Positions 28,148 to 37,494 of a DNA stretch of 64,000 nucleotides are shown here, piece by piece. Source of the stretch: Bacteroidales bacterium (GTDB taxonomy: Bacteria > Bacteroidota > Bacteroidia > Bacteroidales > WCHB1-69); contig JAFZWE010000006.1 of NCBI GenBank assembly GCA_017617445.1, forward strand, positions 2,246 to 66,245, given 5' to 3'. The notes beneath the pieces were generated by a model. It was not told the origin of the DNA. It was given only the letters and a program-made list of their open reading frames with translations, and searched no databases. A program made the position numbers and the translations under genes. Numbering within the stretch: position 1 is the first letter of the stretch; every line of letters begins with the position of its first letter.

Positions 28148-30661
28148 ATGAAGAAAGTCTCACTTTTTCTCCTGTTTTTCATATTTATTTGTGGGAAAGC
28201 GACTTCACAAATAGACAATTCTTATGGCGACAGCACTGCCAACCTACAGGGAAATGCCGGGAATGCCACCTTCGACAGCGAAAATCTGGACGATGAGAAC
28301 GCCAACACCGGCGGAAACATTCCGGGACTGCTGCACTCCTCCAAAGACATCTACAGCAGCAACACCTCGTACACCTTTGGGATCGCCTATTTCAAAAACC
28401 GCGGCATTGACTCCAAATACCAGACGATAGCCATCAACGGGCTGGAGATGGAGAACGCGGTCACAGGTCGGGCGTCATACTCGCAGTGGGGTGGCTTGAA
28501 CCGCGTGTTCCGCTGGCCGGAGAGCATCACGGACCTGAACCCGGCGACCTTTGCCTTCGGTGACATTGGCGGGTCCACCAACTACACTGTACGCGCCTCC
28601 TCCTACCGCAAACAGATCCATGCCAACTACTCGCTGTCAAACCGGAGCTACAACAACCGACTGATGCTCACCTATTCCTCCGGACTGTTGAAAAACGGCT
28701 GGGCATTTGCCGCCTCCGCATCCACACGCTTCGGCAGCGCACTCAACTATGTGGACGGGAGTTCCTATACGGGAGCCTGCTATTTTTTCTCGGCCGAAAA
28801 GCGAATCAACAGTGAGCACGCGCTGAATTTGGCTGTATGGGGAGCACCCGTCACCAAGAGCCTTCAGTCCAACTCCACACAAGAGGTGTATGAACTCACC
28901 AACAACCATTATTACAACGCCAACTGGGGATGGTACAACGGCAAAAAGCGCAACGCCAGAATCCGCACCACCCACGAACCCGTCTTCCTGCTCTCCCACT
29001 TCTACGCCCCACAGAATAACAAGCTCCTGATCACCACCAATCTGGGAGCATCTTTCGGGAAACAAAGCACCACCTCCCTGAACTGGAACAACGTGCCGGA
29101 TCCCCGGCCCGACTACTACCGCTACCTTCCCTCCTATTTCCAGGATGATCCCGAACTGCAGGAGTTCTACCGCCAGCAGTGGCTCACCAATGAGGATTTC
29201 CGCCAGCTGAACTGGGACAACATGTACCAGACCAACCTGCTGGCCGCCGCCCAAGGAAAACAGGCCCAGTACATTGTAGAAAACCGTGTCATCAGCCATG
29301 CACAAATATCCGGCTCCTCCACAGTTGTCGCCAATCTCAACGACAACATCAAGTTGTCGGGCGGTGTAGATATCCGCGGCTACCACCAACGCAATTTCAA
29401 GACCATCAATGATTTACTTGGAGGTATGTATTGGTTAAACGAGGACAAATATGCTGATGGAGAGTCCCCAGAAAACCCCTATTTACTGTATGATGACCTG
29501 GACAACATCGGCAAAGAGTTGGGCGTGGGCGACAAATTCGGTTACGATTACGCCTACAACATTTACAAACAGAACCTTTGGGCCACAGCCAAGTTCAACT
29601 TCAAACACATCGATTTCCATGTCGGCCTGAACGGGTCGGTAACGGAGATGTGGCGCACCGGCTACATGCGCAACGGACGTTTCCCCACCAACTCCTACGG
29701 CAATTCGGAGAAAAAAATCTTCCCCAACATCGGGACCAAATTAGGCATCTCCTACAAAATCAACGGGCGCAACTACCTCACCCTCAACGGTCAGTTCCAG
29801 ACCATTGCCCCCAGCATCCTGGATGCCTTCATCAGCCCGACCATCCGTAACGACTATGTGGCAGGGCTGAAAAGCGAAAAAGATCTGGCGGCAGACTTCT
29901 CCTACATCATGCGATACCCGTTTATGAGAATGAGGCTGTCGTTCTATTACGCCAAATTCATGGATGTCACTGACCAGTTCAGTTTCTACCATGATGACTA
30001 TGGCAGTTTCGTCAACTATGCCATGACAGACATTGACAAGCAGAACATGGGCGTAGAGGTCGGCATTGAAATCCCCATCGGCTCCATGTTCACCATCGCC
30101 CTGGCCGGCAACTACGGTGATTACATCTACACCAGCCGTCCGAATGTGACCATGACCGCAGACAACGGCTATGACATTCTGGGCAACGGGCAGAGCGAAT
30201 ACACCGAGACGGTCTATTGGAAGAACTTCCATGTGGCCGGTTCTCCGCAAGTAACAGCCACTATCGGACTGAAATTCAACTATAAGTACTGGTTTGTCAA
30301 CATCAACGCCAACTATTTTGACAAGATCTATGCGGATTTGAATCCGGAGCGCCGCACCACCAATGCCCGCGGGACGCTGGACGCCTCCTCCGAGCTCTAC
30401 CAGGCACTCGTGGCGCAGGAGCGCACCAAGGGCCAGTTCACCCTGGATGCCTCAGTAGGCAAATCCTGGAAGGTGAAACGCAGCACCATCGGTTTCAACG
30501 TCAGCGTGACCAACCTGACCAACAACAAAAACCTGGTCACCTCCGCCTGGGAGCAACGCAGATTTGACTACAGCGACTACAACGTCAACAAATTCCCGAA
30601 CAAATACTACTACGCCTTGGGCACCACCTTCTACATCGGCATCAATTACACCTTTAACTAA
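28148..30661 (+). CDS. TonB-dependent outer-membrane receptor (non-SusC type)
   Basis: Signal peptide; plug motif RG.DSKY..I.ING.EM...WGGLN...FG.IGG.TN; barrel ending NLTN...YYYALGTTFYIGINYTFN. Confidence 0.88.
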   Translation: MKKVSLFLLFFIFICGKATSQIDNSYGDSTANLQGNAGNATFDSENLDDENANTGGNIPGLLHSSKDIYSSNTSYTFGIAYFKNRGIDSKYQTIAINGLEMENAVTGRASYSQWGGLNRVFRWPESITDLNPATFAFGDIGGSTNYTVRASSYRKQIHANYSLSNRSYNNRLMLTYSSGLLKNGWAFAASASTRFGSALNYVDGSSYTGACYFFSAEKRINSEHALNLAVWGAPVTKSLQSNSTQEVYELTNNHYYNANWGWYNGKKRNARIRTTHEPVFLLSHFYAPQNNKLLITTNLGASFGKQSTTSLNWNNVPDPRPDYYRYLPSYFQDDPELQEFYRQQWLTNEDFRQLNWDNMYQTNLLAAAQGKQAQYIVENRVISHAQISGSSTVVANLNDNIKLSGGVDIRGYHQRNFKTINDLLGGMYWLNEDKYADGESPENPYLLYDDLDNIGKELGVGDKFGYDYAYNIYKQNLWATAKFNFKHIDFHVGLNGSVTEMWRTGYMRNGRFPTNSYGNSEKKIFPNIGTKLGISYKINGRNYLTLNGQFQTIAPSILDAFISPTIRNDYVAGLKSEKDLAADFSYIMRYPFMRMRLSFYYAKFMDVTDQFSFYHDDYGSFVNYAMTDIDKQNMGVEVGIEIPIGSMFTIALAGNYGDYIYTSRPNVTMTADNGYDILGNGQSEYTETVYWKNFHVAGSPQVTATIGLKFNYKYWFVNINANYFDKIYADLNPERRTTNARGTLDASSELYQALVAQERTKGQFTLDASVGKSWKVKRSTIGFNVSVTNLTNNKNLVTSAWEQRRFDYSDYNVNKFPNKYYYALGTTFYIGINYTFN

Positions 30662-30693
30662 GCCATTTTTGATCACCTTTAAATATAGCAAAA

Positions 30694-31887
30694 ATGAACA
30701 GAATGAGATTTTTCCTGACCGTCGCGGCAGCATTGCTTTTTGTTGCATGTAACCGAGAAAAGGACATTGCGCCGGAGCTGCATTATGCGGGGCAGGCCAA
30801 CATGACCATCGCAGAACTGCTGGAGTATCACACTGTCGGCTCATACGACTCCTTTGACTCCATTCCCGCAGGCACAGTCATCACCGGCATCGTCACCTCC
30901 TCCGACCAGCACGGCAACTGTTACAAGTGGATGACCATCCAGGACGGAACCGGAGCCATCAAGATCAAGATTGACGATTCCTCCCTGTACCCCAAATACC
31001 GCATCGGACAGCGGGTTTATGTTGAATGCGGCAACATGGTCATCGGCGACTATCGCAAAGAGGTGCAGATCGGCTACTGGATTGACGGTGCCATGGCGGG
31101 CATCTCCTCATCGCAGGAGGACCTCTATATTTTCCGTGACGGCATTCCCGGGGCGGAACCCGAGCCCATCATCATCAACAGTGCCGATGACATCACGGAT
31201 GCCACTTATGGACATCTGGTGAAAATCGTGAACTGCAGCATCAAGAACGGAGGCATCGCCACCTTCAGCGAGCCCAATGCAAACACCGACCGCATCATCG
31301 TGATGAGCGACCACAGCGAATTGGTGATGCGCAACAGCTCATACGCCGACTTTGCCCAAGAAATCATGCCCTCCGGCGACGGGGTGATCTACGGCGTGCT
31401 GGGCCGGTATAATGCGACCCCGCAGCTGTATCTGCGTTCCGCCGAGGACGTGCAGTTCATCCGTACAGAAAGCCTTCCCGCCTTCATTCCCGATGAAAAC
31501 TCCATCGGAGCAGGAGGATGGACCGTAGTCAACGAAGAGGGCTGGGGATATTGGACCAATCACAACAGCTTCAAGATTTACAACCCCAACGTTTCTCCCA
31601 TCAACAGCTGGCTCGTTTCCCCCACCTTCAGCAATCTGCAAAACCGCACCGGCGTATATTTCACCCTCTCCCAGGAAACCGACGGCACAGCGGTGCGCGC
31701 CGTCAAATACACCACTCAGTATGACCCGGCGCATCCCACTGACGGCTGGACAGACTACACCTTAGGGGAAGTGATTCCCGCCGAAGTCACCTCCAACCCC
31801 AATTTCAGAATCGCCTTCCAGTTCAATGGAGGCAACGGCGCCTGGTGGCAAATCAAAGGCATCAACTTTTATGCCAGAGTTCAATAA
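30694..31887 (+). CDS. DUF5689-family lipoprotein with C-terminal beta-sandwich
   Basis: Lipobox FVAC; TIAEL, ITGIVTSSDQHGNCYK..TIQDGTGAI, GQRVYV, SSYADFA...PSGDG; WLVSP in the C-terminal domain. Confidence 0.8.
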   Translation: MNRMRFFLTVAAALLFVACNREKDIAPELHYAGQANMTIAELLEYHTVGSYDSFDSIPAGTVITGIVTSSDQHGNCYKWMTIQDGTGAIKIKIDDSSLYPKYRIGQRVYVECGNMVIGDYRKEVQIGYWIDGAMAGISSSQEDLYIFRDGIPGAEPEPIIINSADDITDATYGHLVKIVNCSIKNGGIATFSEPNANTDRIIVMSDHSELVMRNSSYADFAQEIMPSGDGVIYGVLGRYNATPQLYLRSAEDVQFIRTESLPAFIPDENSIGAGGWTVVNEEGWGYWTNHNSFKIYNPNVSPINSWLVSPTFSNLQNRTGVYFTLSQETDGTAVRAVKYTTQYDPAHPTDGWTDYTLGEVIPAEVTSNPNFRIAFQFNGGNGAWWQIKGINFYARVQ

Positions 31888-31904
31888 CCGAAAACACAAT
31901 TGAC

Positions 31905-33176
31905 ATGAGAACACCCATATTTTCCGCTCTGATTTTATCCGTCCTGTTCCTCTTCAGCTCCTGCAACAAGGATTGGGAAACAGCCGAATTAGCAATCCCG
32001 CACTATGACGGGGACACATCAGATTTGAGAACCATACAGGACATCATTGACGTTTACACAGCGGCAGGAGGCTTGGACTCCATCTGCCACAGAGGGGACC
32101 ATTTCATCGTAAAAGCCACCGTGGTCAGCTCCGACGAGGGGGGCAATCTGTACAAGAAAATGATTGTCCAGGATGCCACCGGCGCGCTGGAAATCCCCAT
32201 CAACAGAACCGGATTGCAAACCACCTATCCCGTTGGGCAGACAGTATTCATTGATTGCCAAGGGCTTGTAGTAGGAAATTACCATGGCGTTTACCAAATC
32301 GGATGGATTTACCAAGGGGCCGTGGGCCGGATTGACGCCAACTATTTAGACCTGTATCTCCACAAGGATGGTCTGCCGAAGGACATCACCCCGATGATTA
32401 CCAACATCACCTCGCCCGCAGACATCAATGACGGCAATGTGTGCAAAATCGTACGCATCCAGAACTGCCATTTCGCGGCAGACGCCATCGGTCGGCCGTG
32501 GGCGGAAGAGACCCACACCACCTCCCGTGCCATTGAGACCATCAATGGAGAAAGCCTGTCCGCTGCAGGCATCAACCTCATCACCTACACCTCCAACTAC
32601 GCCAAATTCCGCAAACTCTTAGTGCCCGACGGCATCGGAGATCTCACCGGCATCCTCTCCGTCTATACTTCCGGAGCAAAAAAAAACTACCAGTTGCTGC
32701 TCTGCACCACGGAGGATATACATGACTTCGGGGCAAAAACAGACATCTATCCCGTCCTGGTCAACAGCCAGTTCAACAGCGATAACACACAATGGCAAGA
32801 ATACAACAGTTACATGATCCATCGCAATGTTGACACCGAATGTGAAGACTGGCTCGTATCTCCAATCATCCCCATCCAAACGGTCGGCGGAGCGGAATTC
32901 ACCGTGGAGGAGATGTTCTACAAAACCGGACAAGTGCTGCAAAACTATTGTTTCAAGGTTTTTTACACCACAGACAACGGCTCCACTTGGACCGAACTCA
33001 CTCCCGAAACCAGAGCAGATGACGGACAATTCCATGAAAACAAATACACCGGACTGGAGAATGTGACCCAGGACTTCCGGATCGGATTCCGTTTTGACGG
33101 TCCCTGCAACGACTACTGGGGCATCCGCAAAATGCACTTTTACAAAACAGTACCGGGAACAGCACAAAACCACTGA
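31905..33176 (+). CDS. DUF5689-family lipoprotein (paralogue)
   Basis: Lipobox FSSC; VVSSDEGGNLYK..VQDATGA, GQTVFI, TSNYAKF...PDG.G; EDWLVSP. Confidence 0.8.
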   Translation: MRTPIFSALILSVLFLFSSCNKDWETAELAIPHYDGDTSDLRTIQDIIDVYTAAGGLDSICHRGDHFIVKATVVSSDEGGNLYKKMIVQDATGALEIPINRTGLQTTYPVGQTVFIDCQGLVVGNYHGVYQIGWIYQGAVGRIDANYLDLYLHKDGLPKDITPMITNITSPADINDGNVCKIVRIQNCHFAADAIGRPWAEETHTTSRAIETINGESLSAAGINLITYTSNYAKFRKLLVPDGIGDLTGILSVYTSGAKKNYQLLLCTTEDIHDFGAKTDIYPVLVNSQFNSDNTQWQEYNSYMIHRNVDTECEDWLVSPIIPIQTVGGAEFTVEEMFYKTGQVLQNYCFKVFYTTDNGSTWTELTPETRADDGQFHENKYTGLENVTQDFRIGFRFDGPCNDYWGIRKMHFYKTVPGTAQNH

Positions 33177-33233
33177 CAGATTCCGACAGTGGAATGATCT
33201 TATACATATATAATTATAGCAGAAGAGAAAAGA

Positions 33234-34445
33234 ATGGAATTCAAACTCAACACGATTGAAGAAGCGATTGAAGATTTTCGCGAAGGGAAGTTCCTCATTG
33301 TCGTGGACGATGAAGACAGAGAAAATGAAGGTGATTTTATCATTGCCGCTGAAAAGATAACACCGGAGAAGGTCAACTTCATGATGAGTTATGGACGCGG
33401 GGTGCTGTGTGCGCCCATGAGTGCCGAACGCTGCAAGCAGTTGGAGTTGGAGATGCAGGTGGACCACAACACATCCCTGCTCGGAACGCCGTTCACCGTG
33501 ACGGTGGACTTGTTAGGAAACGGCTGTACCACAGGGGTATCCATGTACGACAGAGCCAGCACCATCAAAGCGTTGGCACAGCCTGACAGCACACCGGAGA
33601 TGTTCGGTCGGCCGGGTCATATCAATCCTCTGCGGGCACGCGAAGGCGGCGTGCTGGTACGTGCCGGACACACTGAGGCGGCAGTAGATCTCACCCGTCT
33701 GGCTGGACTACAGCCCGTGGGAGCGCTGATTGAAATCATCAATCCCGATGGCACCATGGCACGGCTTCCCCAACTGATGGAGGTAGCACGCCAATATGGC
33801 ATCAAAATCATCACCATCCAGGATCTGATTGCCTACCGAGTGAAGAATGAGACGCTCATCCGAAAAGAAATCGAAGTGAAACTGCCCACCGAATGGGGAA
33901 ACTTCACCCTGATTGCCTACACCCAGCTCAACAACGGGCTCACCCATCTGGTGCTCAAAAAAGGAGAATGGGCTGAAGGCGAGGACGTGCTCGTGCGTGT
34001 CCACTCCTCCTGCGTGACAGGAGATATCTTCGGATCCTGCAAATGCGACTGCGGAGACCAACTGCACCGCTCCATGCGCATGGTGGAGAAAGAAGGAAAG
34101 GGAATGGTACTTTATATGAGCCAGGAAGGCCGGGGCATCGGACTGGTCAACAAGCTGAAAGCATACCACTTGCAGGAATTGGGCCGCGATACGGTAGAAG
34201 CCAACCTTGAACTCGGATTCCGTGCCGACGAACGCGACTACGGCATCGGGGCACAGATTCTGCGTGACCAAAAAGCCACCCGCGTGCGCCTCATCACCAA
34301 CAACCCCACCAAGCGCGCCGGCCTCCTCGGCCATGGCATTGAAATCGTGGAGACCGTCCCCATCATCATTGAACCCAATGAAATCAACCGCTTCTACCTC
34401 AAGACCAAGCAGGACAAGATGGGACACGACCTGCATTTGAGATAG
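33234..34445 (+). CDS. ribBA: Bifunctional DHBP synthase / GTP cyclohydrolase II
   Basis: [45 protein letters not shown]. Confidence 0.97.
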   Translation: MEFKLNTIEEAIEDFREGKFLIVVDDEDRENEGDFIIAAEKITPEKVNFMMSYGRGVLCAPMSAERCKQLELEMQVDHNTSLLGTPFTVTVDLLGNGCTTGVSMYDRASTIKALAQPDSTPEMFGRPGHINPLRAREGGVLVRAGHTEAAVDLTRLAGLQPVGALIEIINPDGTMARLPQLMEVARQYGIKIITIQDLIAYRVKNETLIRKEIEVKLPTEWGNFTLIAYTQLNNGLTHLVLKKGEWAEGEDVLVRVHSSCVTGDIFGSCKCDCGDQLHRSMRMVEKEGKGMVLYMSQEGRGIGLVNKLKAYHLQELGRDTVEANLELGFRADERDYGIGAQILRDQKATRVRLITNNPTKRAGLLGHGIEIVETVPIIIEPNEINRFYLKTKQDKMGHDLHLR

Positions 34446-34454
34446 TCCACGACC

Positions 34455-35453
34455 ATGATGAAAAAATGGCTCTATTTTGTGATGCTCCTGGTGGTGGCCT
34501 CCTCTTGCAAAAAACAAGAGGAGCATCGTTTTTCAGGTTATATTTTCGGAACATACTACACCGTCACCTATAGTGGGAAGGAGAATGCCACACTGCAAGG
34601 CGAAGTCAATGCCGCACTCTGTGCCATCAATGACGAATTCTCCGTTTTTGACAGTGCCTCCGTGGTCTCGCGGCTCAACCGGGGCGAGGAGATCTCCCCG
34701 CTTCCGGAAGACCTGATCCGGGTGCTGGAGTTATCCCTGAACACCAGCCGCCAGACAGAAGGCGCCTTTGACATCACAGCCGGACCGCTGATCCGCTTCT
34801 GGGGTTTCAGTCCGGGAGAAGCCGAACAAAACCACGACACCCTGCGGGTTCTGGATTCCTTGCGGCAGATGGTAGGCTATCAGAAAATCTCCATAGAAAA
34901 TGGACATCTGGTCAAATCAGACCCACGCATACAATTGGATTTCAACGCTATAGCAAAAGGATATGCGGTGGACAAAGTAGCGGAACTGCTGGAACAGCGG
35001 GGAATACAGAACTATGTGGTGGATATCGGCGGCGAGGTACGCACCCATGGGGAAAAATCCTCCGGGCAGGCATGGCGTGTGGGCATACAGATTCCCACCG
35101 AAACACGCGACGGACTGGTTGAAAGCGACTACATTTTTGAAATGGGGGGGAAAAGCATTGCCACCAGCGGCAATTACCGCAACTACAAAGAGATCAATGG
35201 CCAAAGGGTTTCCCACATCATCAATCCCTCCACCGGGTACGCCGAAGCAAGCCCCCTGCTGAGTGTTTCAGTCATCGCCGGCGACTGTGCCAGTGCTGAC
35301 GCCTATGCCACCGCCTTCATGGTGCTCGGCATTGAAAAATCAATGAAAGTGCTGGAACATCATCCCGAGCTGGCCGCACATTTCATCTATTACGAGAACG
35401 GCCAATACCAATTCCAGCAGACCGGCAATTTCCCCGCCAAGATTCAAAAATAG
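34455..35453 (+). CDS. apbE: FAD:protein FMN transferase (lipoprotein)
   Basis: Lipobox ASSC; FDITAGPL, DFNAIAKGYAVD, IGGE, ATSGNY, HIINP.TG, ADAYATA. Confidence 0.93.
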   Translation: MMKKWLYFVMLLVVASSCKKQEEHRFSGYIFGTYYTVTYSGKENATLQGEVNAALCAINDEFSVFDSASVVSRLNRGEEISPLPEDLIRVLELSLNTSRQTEGAFDITAGPLIRFWGFSPGEAEQNHDTLRVLDSLRQMVGYQKISIENGHLVKSDPRIQLDFNAIAKGYAVDKVAELLEQRGIQNYVVDIGGEVRTHGEKSSGQAWRVGIQIPTETRDGLVESDYIFEMGGKSIATSGNYRNYKEINGQRVSHIINPSTGYAEASPLLSVSVIAGDCASADAYATAFMVLGIEKSMKVLEHHPELAAHFIYYENGQYQFQQTGNFPAKIQK

Positions 35454-35501
35454 GAAGCGGGTTCTGTAAAAAATTGTATTTTTGCCGCCCAAAAAAAATC
35501 C

Positions 35502-36509
35502 ATGAAGCTGGCCATCGTCATATTGAACTGGAACGGAAAAAAATTCCTGGAGCAATTCCTGCCCACGCTGCTCAAGCACACGCCGGAATATGCAGAAGTA
35601 GTGGTGGCTGACAATGCCTCCACCGACGATTCCATCTCCTTCCTGAAAGAGTGCCATCCACAAGTGCGCATCCTGTCCAACGACCGCAACTACGGATTTG
35701 CGGAAGGCTACAATCTTGCATTGGAGAAAGTGGACGCGGAATATTACTGTCTGCTCAATTCCGACATTGAGGTGACGGAAGGATGGGCAGAATCAGTCAT
35801 TGAGATGATGGAGAGCGACCCGTCCATTGCGGCGGCGCAACCCAAGCTCCGGAGCCTGTACCACCGCGAGAGCTTTGAGTATGCGGGAGCAGCGGGCGGA
35901 TTCATAGACAAATACGGATACCCTTTCTGTCGGGGCCGTGTGTTCAATACAGTGGAAAAAGATGAAGGGCAGTATGACACTCCCATTGACATCTTCTGGG
36001 CCAGCGGGGCGGCGCTCTTCGTGCGCAGCCGGGTATATCGCGAGCTGGGCGGACTGGATGCCGACTTTTTCGCCCACATGGAAGAGATAGACCTATGCTG
36101 GCGCATCCGCAACCACGGCTACCGCATTGTGGTGCAGCCCCAGTCGGTTGTGTACCATGTCGGCGGAGGAACCCTGCCCAAAAACAACTCTTTCAAGACC
36201 TTCCTCAACTTCCGCAACAACCATTTCCTTTTGCTGAAAAACCTTCCGGGCCGCAGGCTTTTCCCCACCTTTCTGGCGCGCATAGTCCTGGACAACGTGG
36301 CGGCGTTCTCTTTTCTTGCCCAGGGGCACGTCAAGGATTTCACCGCAGTGTACAAGGCCCACTGGGCGGTTGTCAAGCAGTTCGGAAAGATCAAATGCAA
36401 GAGAGACGGTCACACAGGAGCCTACGCTGCGGTGTGGAAGCGACCCATTCTTTTGGAGTACCACCTGTTTCAGCACAAAAAGTTCAACGGTTCTGAATTC
36501 ATAAAATAA
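35502..36509 (+). CDS. Glycosyltransferase family 2
   Basis: IVILNWNG, VADNASTD, LLNSD, WASGA, FFAHMEEIDLCWR; -7 box at 35477-35484. Confidence 0.92.
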   Translation: MKLAIVILNWNGKKFLEQFLPTLLKHTPEYAEVVVADNASTDDSISFLKECHPQVRILSNDRNYGFAEGYNLALEKVDAEYYCLLNSDIEVTEGWAESVIEMMESDPSIAAAQPKLRSLYHRESFEYAGAAGGFIDKYGYPFCRGRVFNTVEKDEGQYDTPIDIFWASGAALFVRSRVYRELGGLDADFFAHMEEIDLCWRIRNHGYRIVVQPQSVVYHVGGGTLPKNNSFKTFLNFRNNHFLLLKNLPGRRLFPTFLARIVLDNVAAFSFLAQGHVKDFTAVYKAHWAVVKQFGKIKCKRDGHTGAYAAVWKRPILLEYHLFQHKKFNGSEFIK

Positions 36510-36526
36510 CCCCATAAACCAATCCC

Positions 36527-37330
36527 ATGATTGACTTCCTGTTCGGTGAATTTTACAACTACTTCCTGTGTGGCATGACCCTGCTTGCGGTGGTGGTTTT
36601 TATCATTTTGCAATTCATCACGCCCGCCTACGGCATGACCTTCAACAACCGCTGGGGGCAGTCCATCCGCAGCAATTGGGGATGGGTGCTCATGGAGGCG
36701 CCCGTGTTTCTGCTGATGACCAGCTTCTACGTCCACGCCCTCCTGCGCTCTCAGCCATTCAGCATGGCAGAGTTTCCCTGGGTAACCACCGCCATCTTCG
36801 TGCTGTTTCAGCTGCACTACCTGCAACGCTCTTTCATCTTTCCCTCACTGATGCGCGGCACAAGCAAGATGCCGCTCTCCATCATCTTTTCCGGCATTTT
36901 CTTCAACATGTTCAACGCCTACATGCAGGGCGGGTGGTTGTTTTTCATCTCTCCGGACCAGTACACACTGAGCTGGTTCTATTCCCCTCAGTTCATCATC
37001 GGAACGGTGCTTTTCTTTGCCGGGATGGTCATCAACATGCATTCCGACCGCATCATCCGCAAGCTGCGCGCCGACAAATGGGACAACAACTACTACCTTC
37101 CGAAGGGATTCCTGTTCGACAAGGTCAACTCGGCCAACTTTTTCGGTGAACTGCTGGAGTGGTTTGGTTTCGCGGTGCTCAGCTGGTCACCGGCGGGCCT
37201 TGTATTCTTCCTTTGGAGCTTTGCCAACATCGTGCCCCGTTCCAAAGCCGTCTATGAACAGTACATCCAGTTTTTCGGAGAGGAATTCAAACAACTGAAA
37301 CGCTGGAAGATATTTCCATACATCTACTAA
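36527..37330 (+). CDS. 3-oxo-5-alpha-steroid 4-dehydrogenase (steroid 5-alpha-reductase/DUF1295 family)
   Basis: YG...WG...GWVLMEAP, HYLQRSFIFP, FN.FNAYMQ, INMHSD.II..LR, ANFFGELLEW. Confidence 0.85.
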   Translation: MIDFLFGEFYNYFLCGMTLLAVVVFIILQFITPAYGMTFNNRWGQSIRSNWGWVLMEAPVFLLMTSFYVHALLRSQPFSMAEFPWVTTAIFVLFQLHYLQRSFIFPSLMRGTSKMPLSIIFSGIFFNMFNAYMQGGWLFFISPDQYTLSWFYSPQFIIGTVLFFAGMVINMHSDRIIRKLRADKWDNNYYLPKGFLFDKVNSANFFGELLEWFGFAVLSWSPAGLVFFLWSFANIVPRSKAVYEQYIQFFGEEFKQLKRWKIFPYIY

Positions 37331-37430
37331 AAATCACTTTATAGAAAGAGTGAAAAAGTCTGCACAGAAAATGCACAAAAAACAGTCCAACAAAGTGCAT
37401 TTTCCATGCGGAAGTTTACATATTTTTCAT

Positions 37431-37438
37431 TACTTTTG
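37431..37438 (+). promoter_or_regulatory. -7 promoter box for ppdK
   Basis: TACTTTTG; upstream 10-bp inverted repeat gaaaatgcac/gtgcattttc. Confidence 0.55.
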
Positions 37439-37494
37439 CACCCTCAAAAAAATAAAGTTAAAACACATTTAATAATCATTAAAAATAATTGAAA

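Noticed and set aside
37367-37404. Inverted repeat gaaaatgcac/gtgcattttc (and tgcattttttt/aaaaaaatgca at about 54746-54789) as invertible promoter switches
   Set aside because: The spacers are short and contain no -7 box, and no invertase is nearby; at most operators or weak hairpins.
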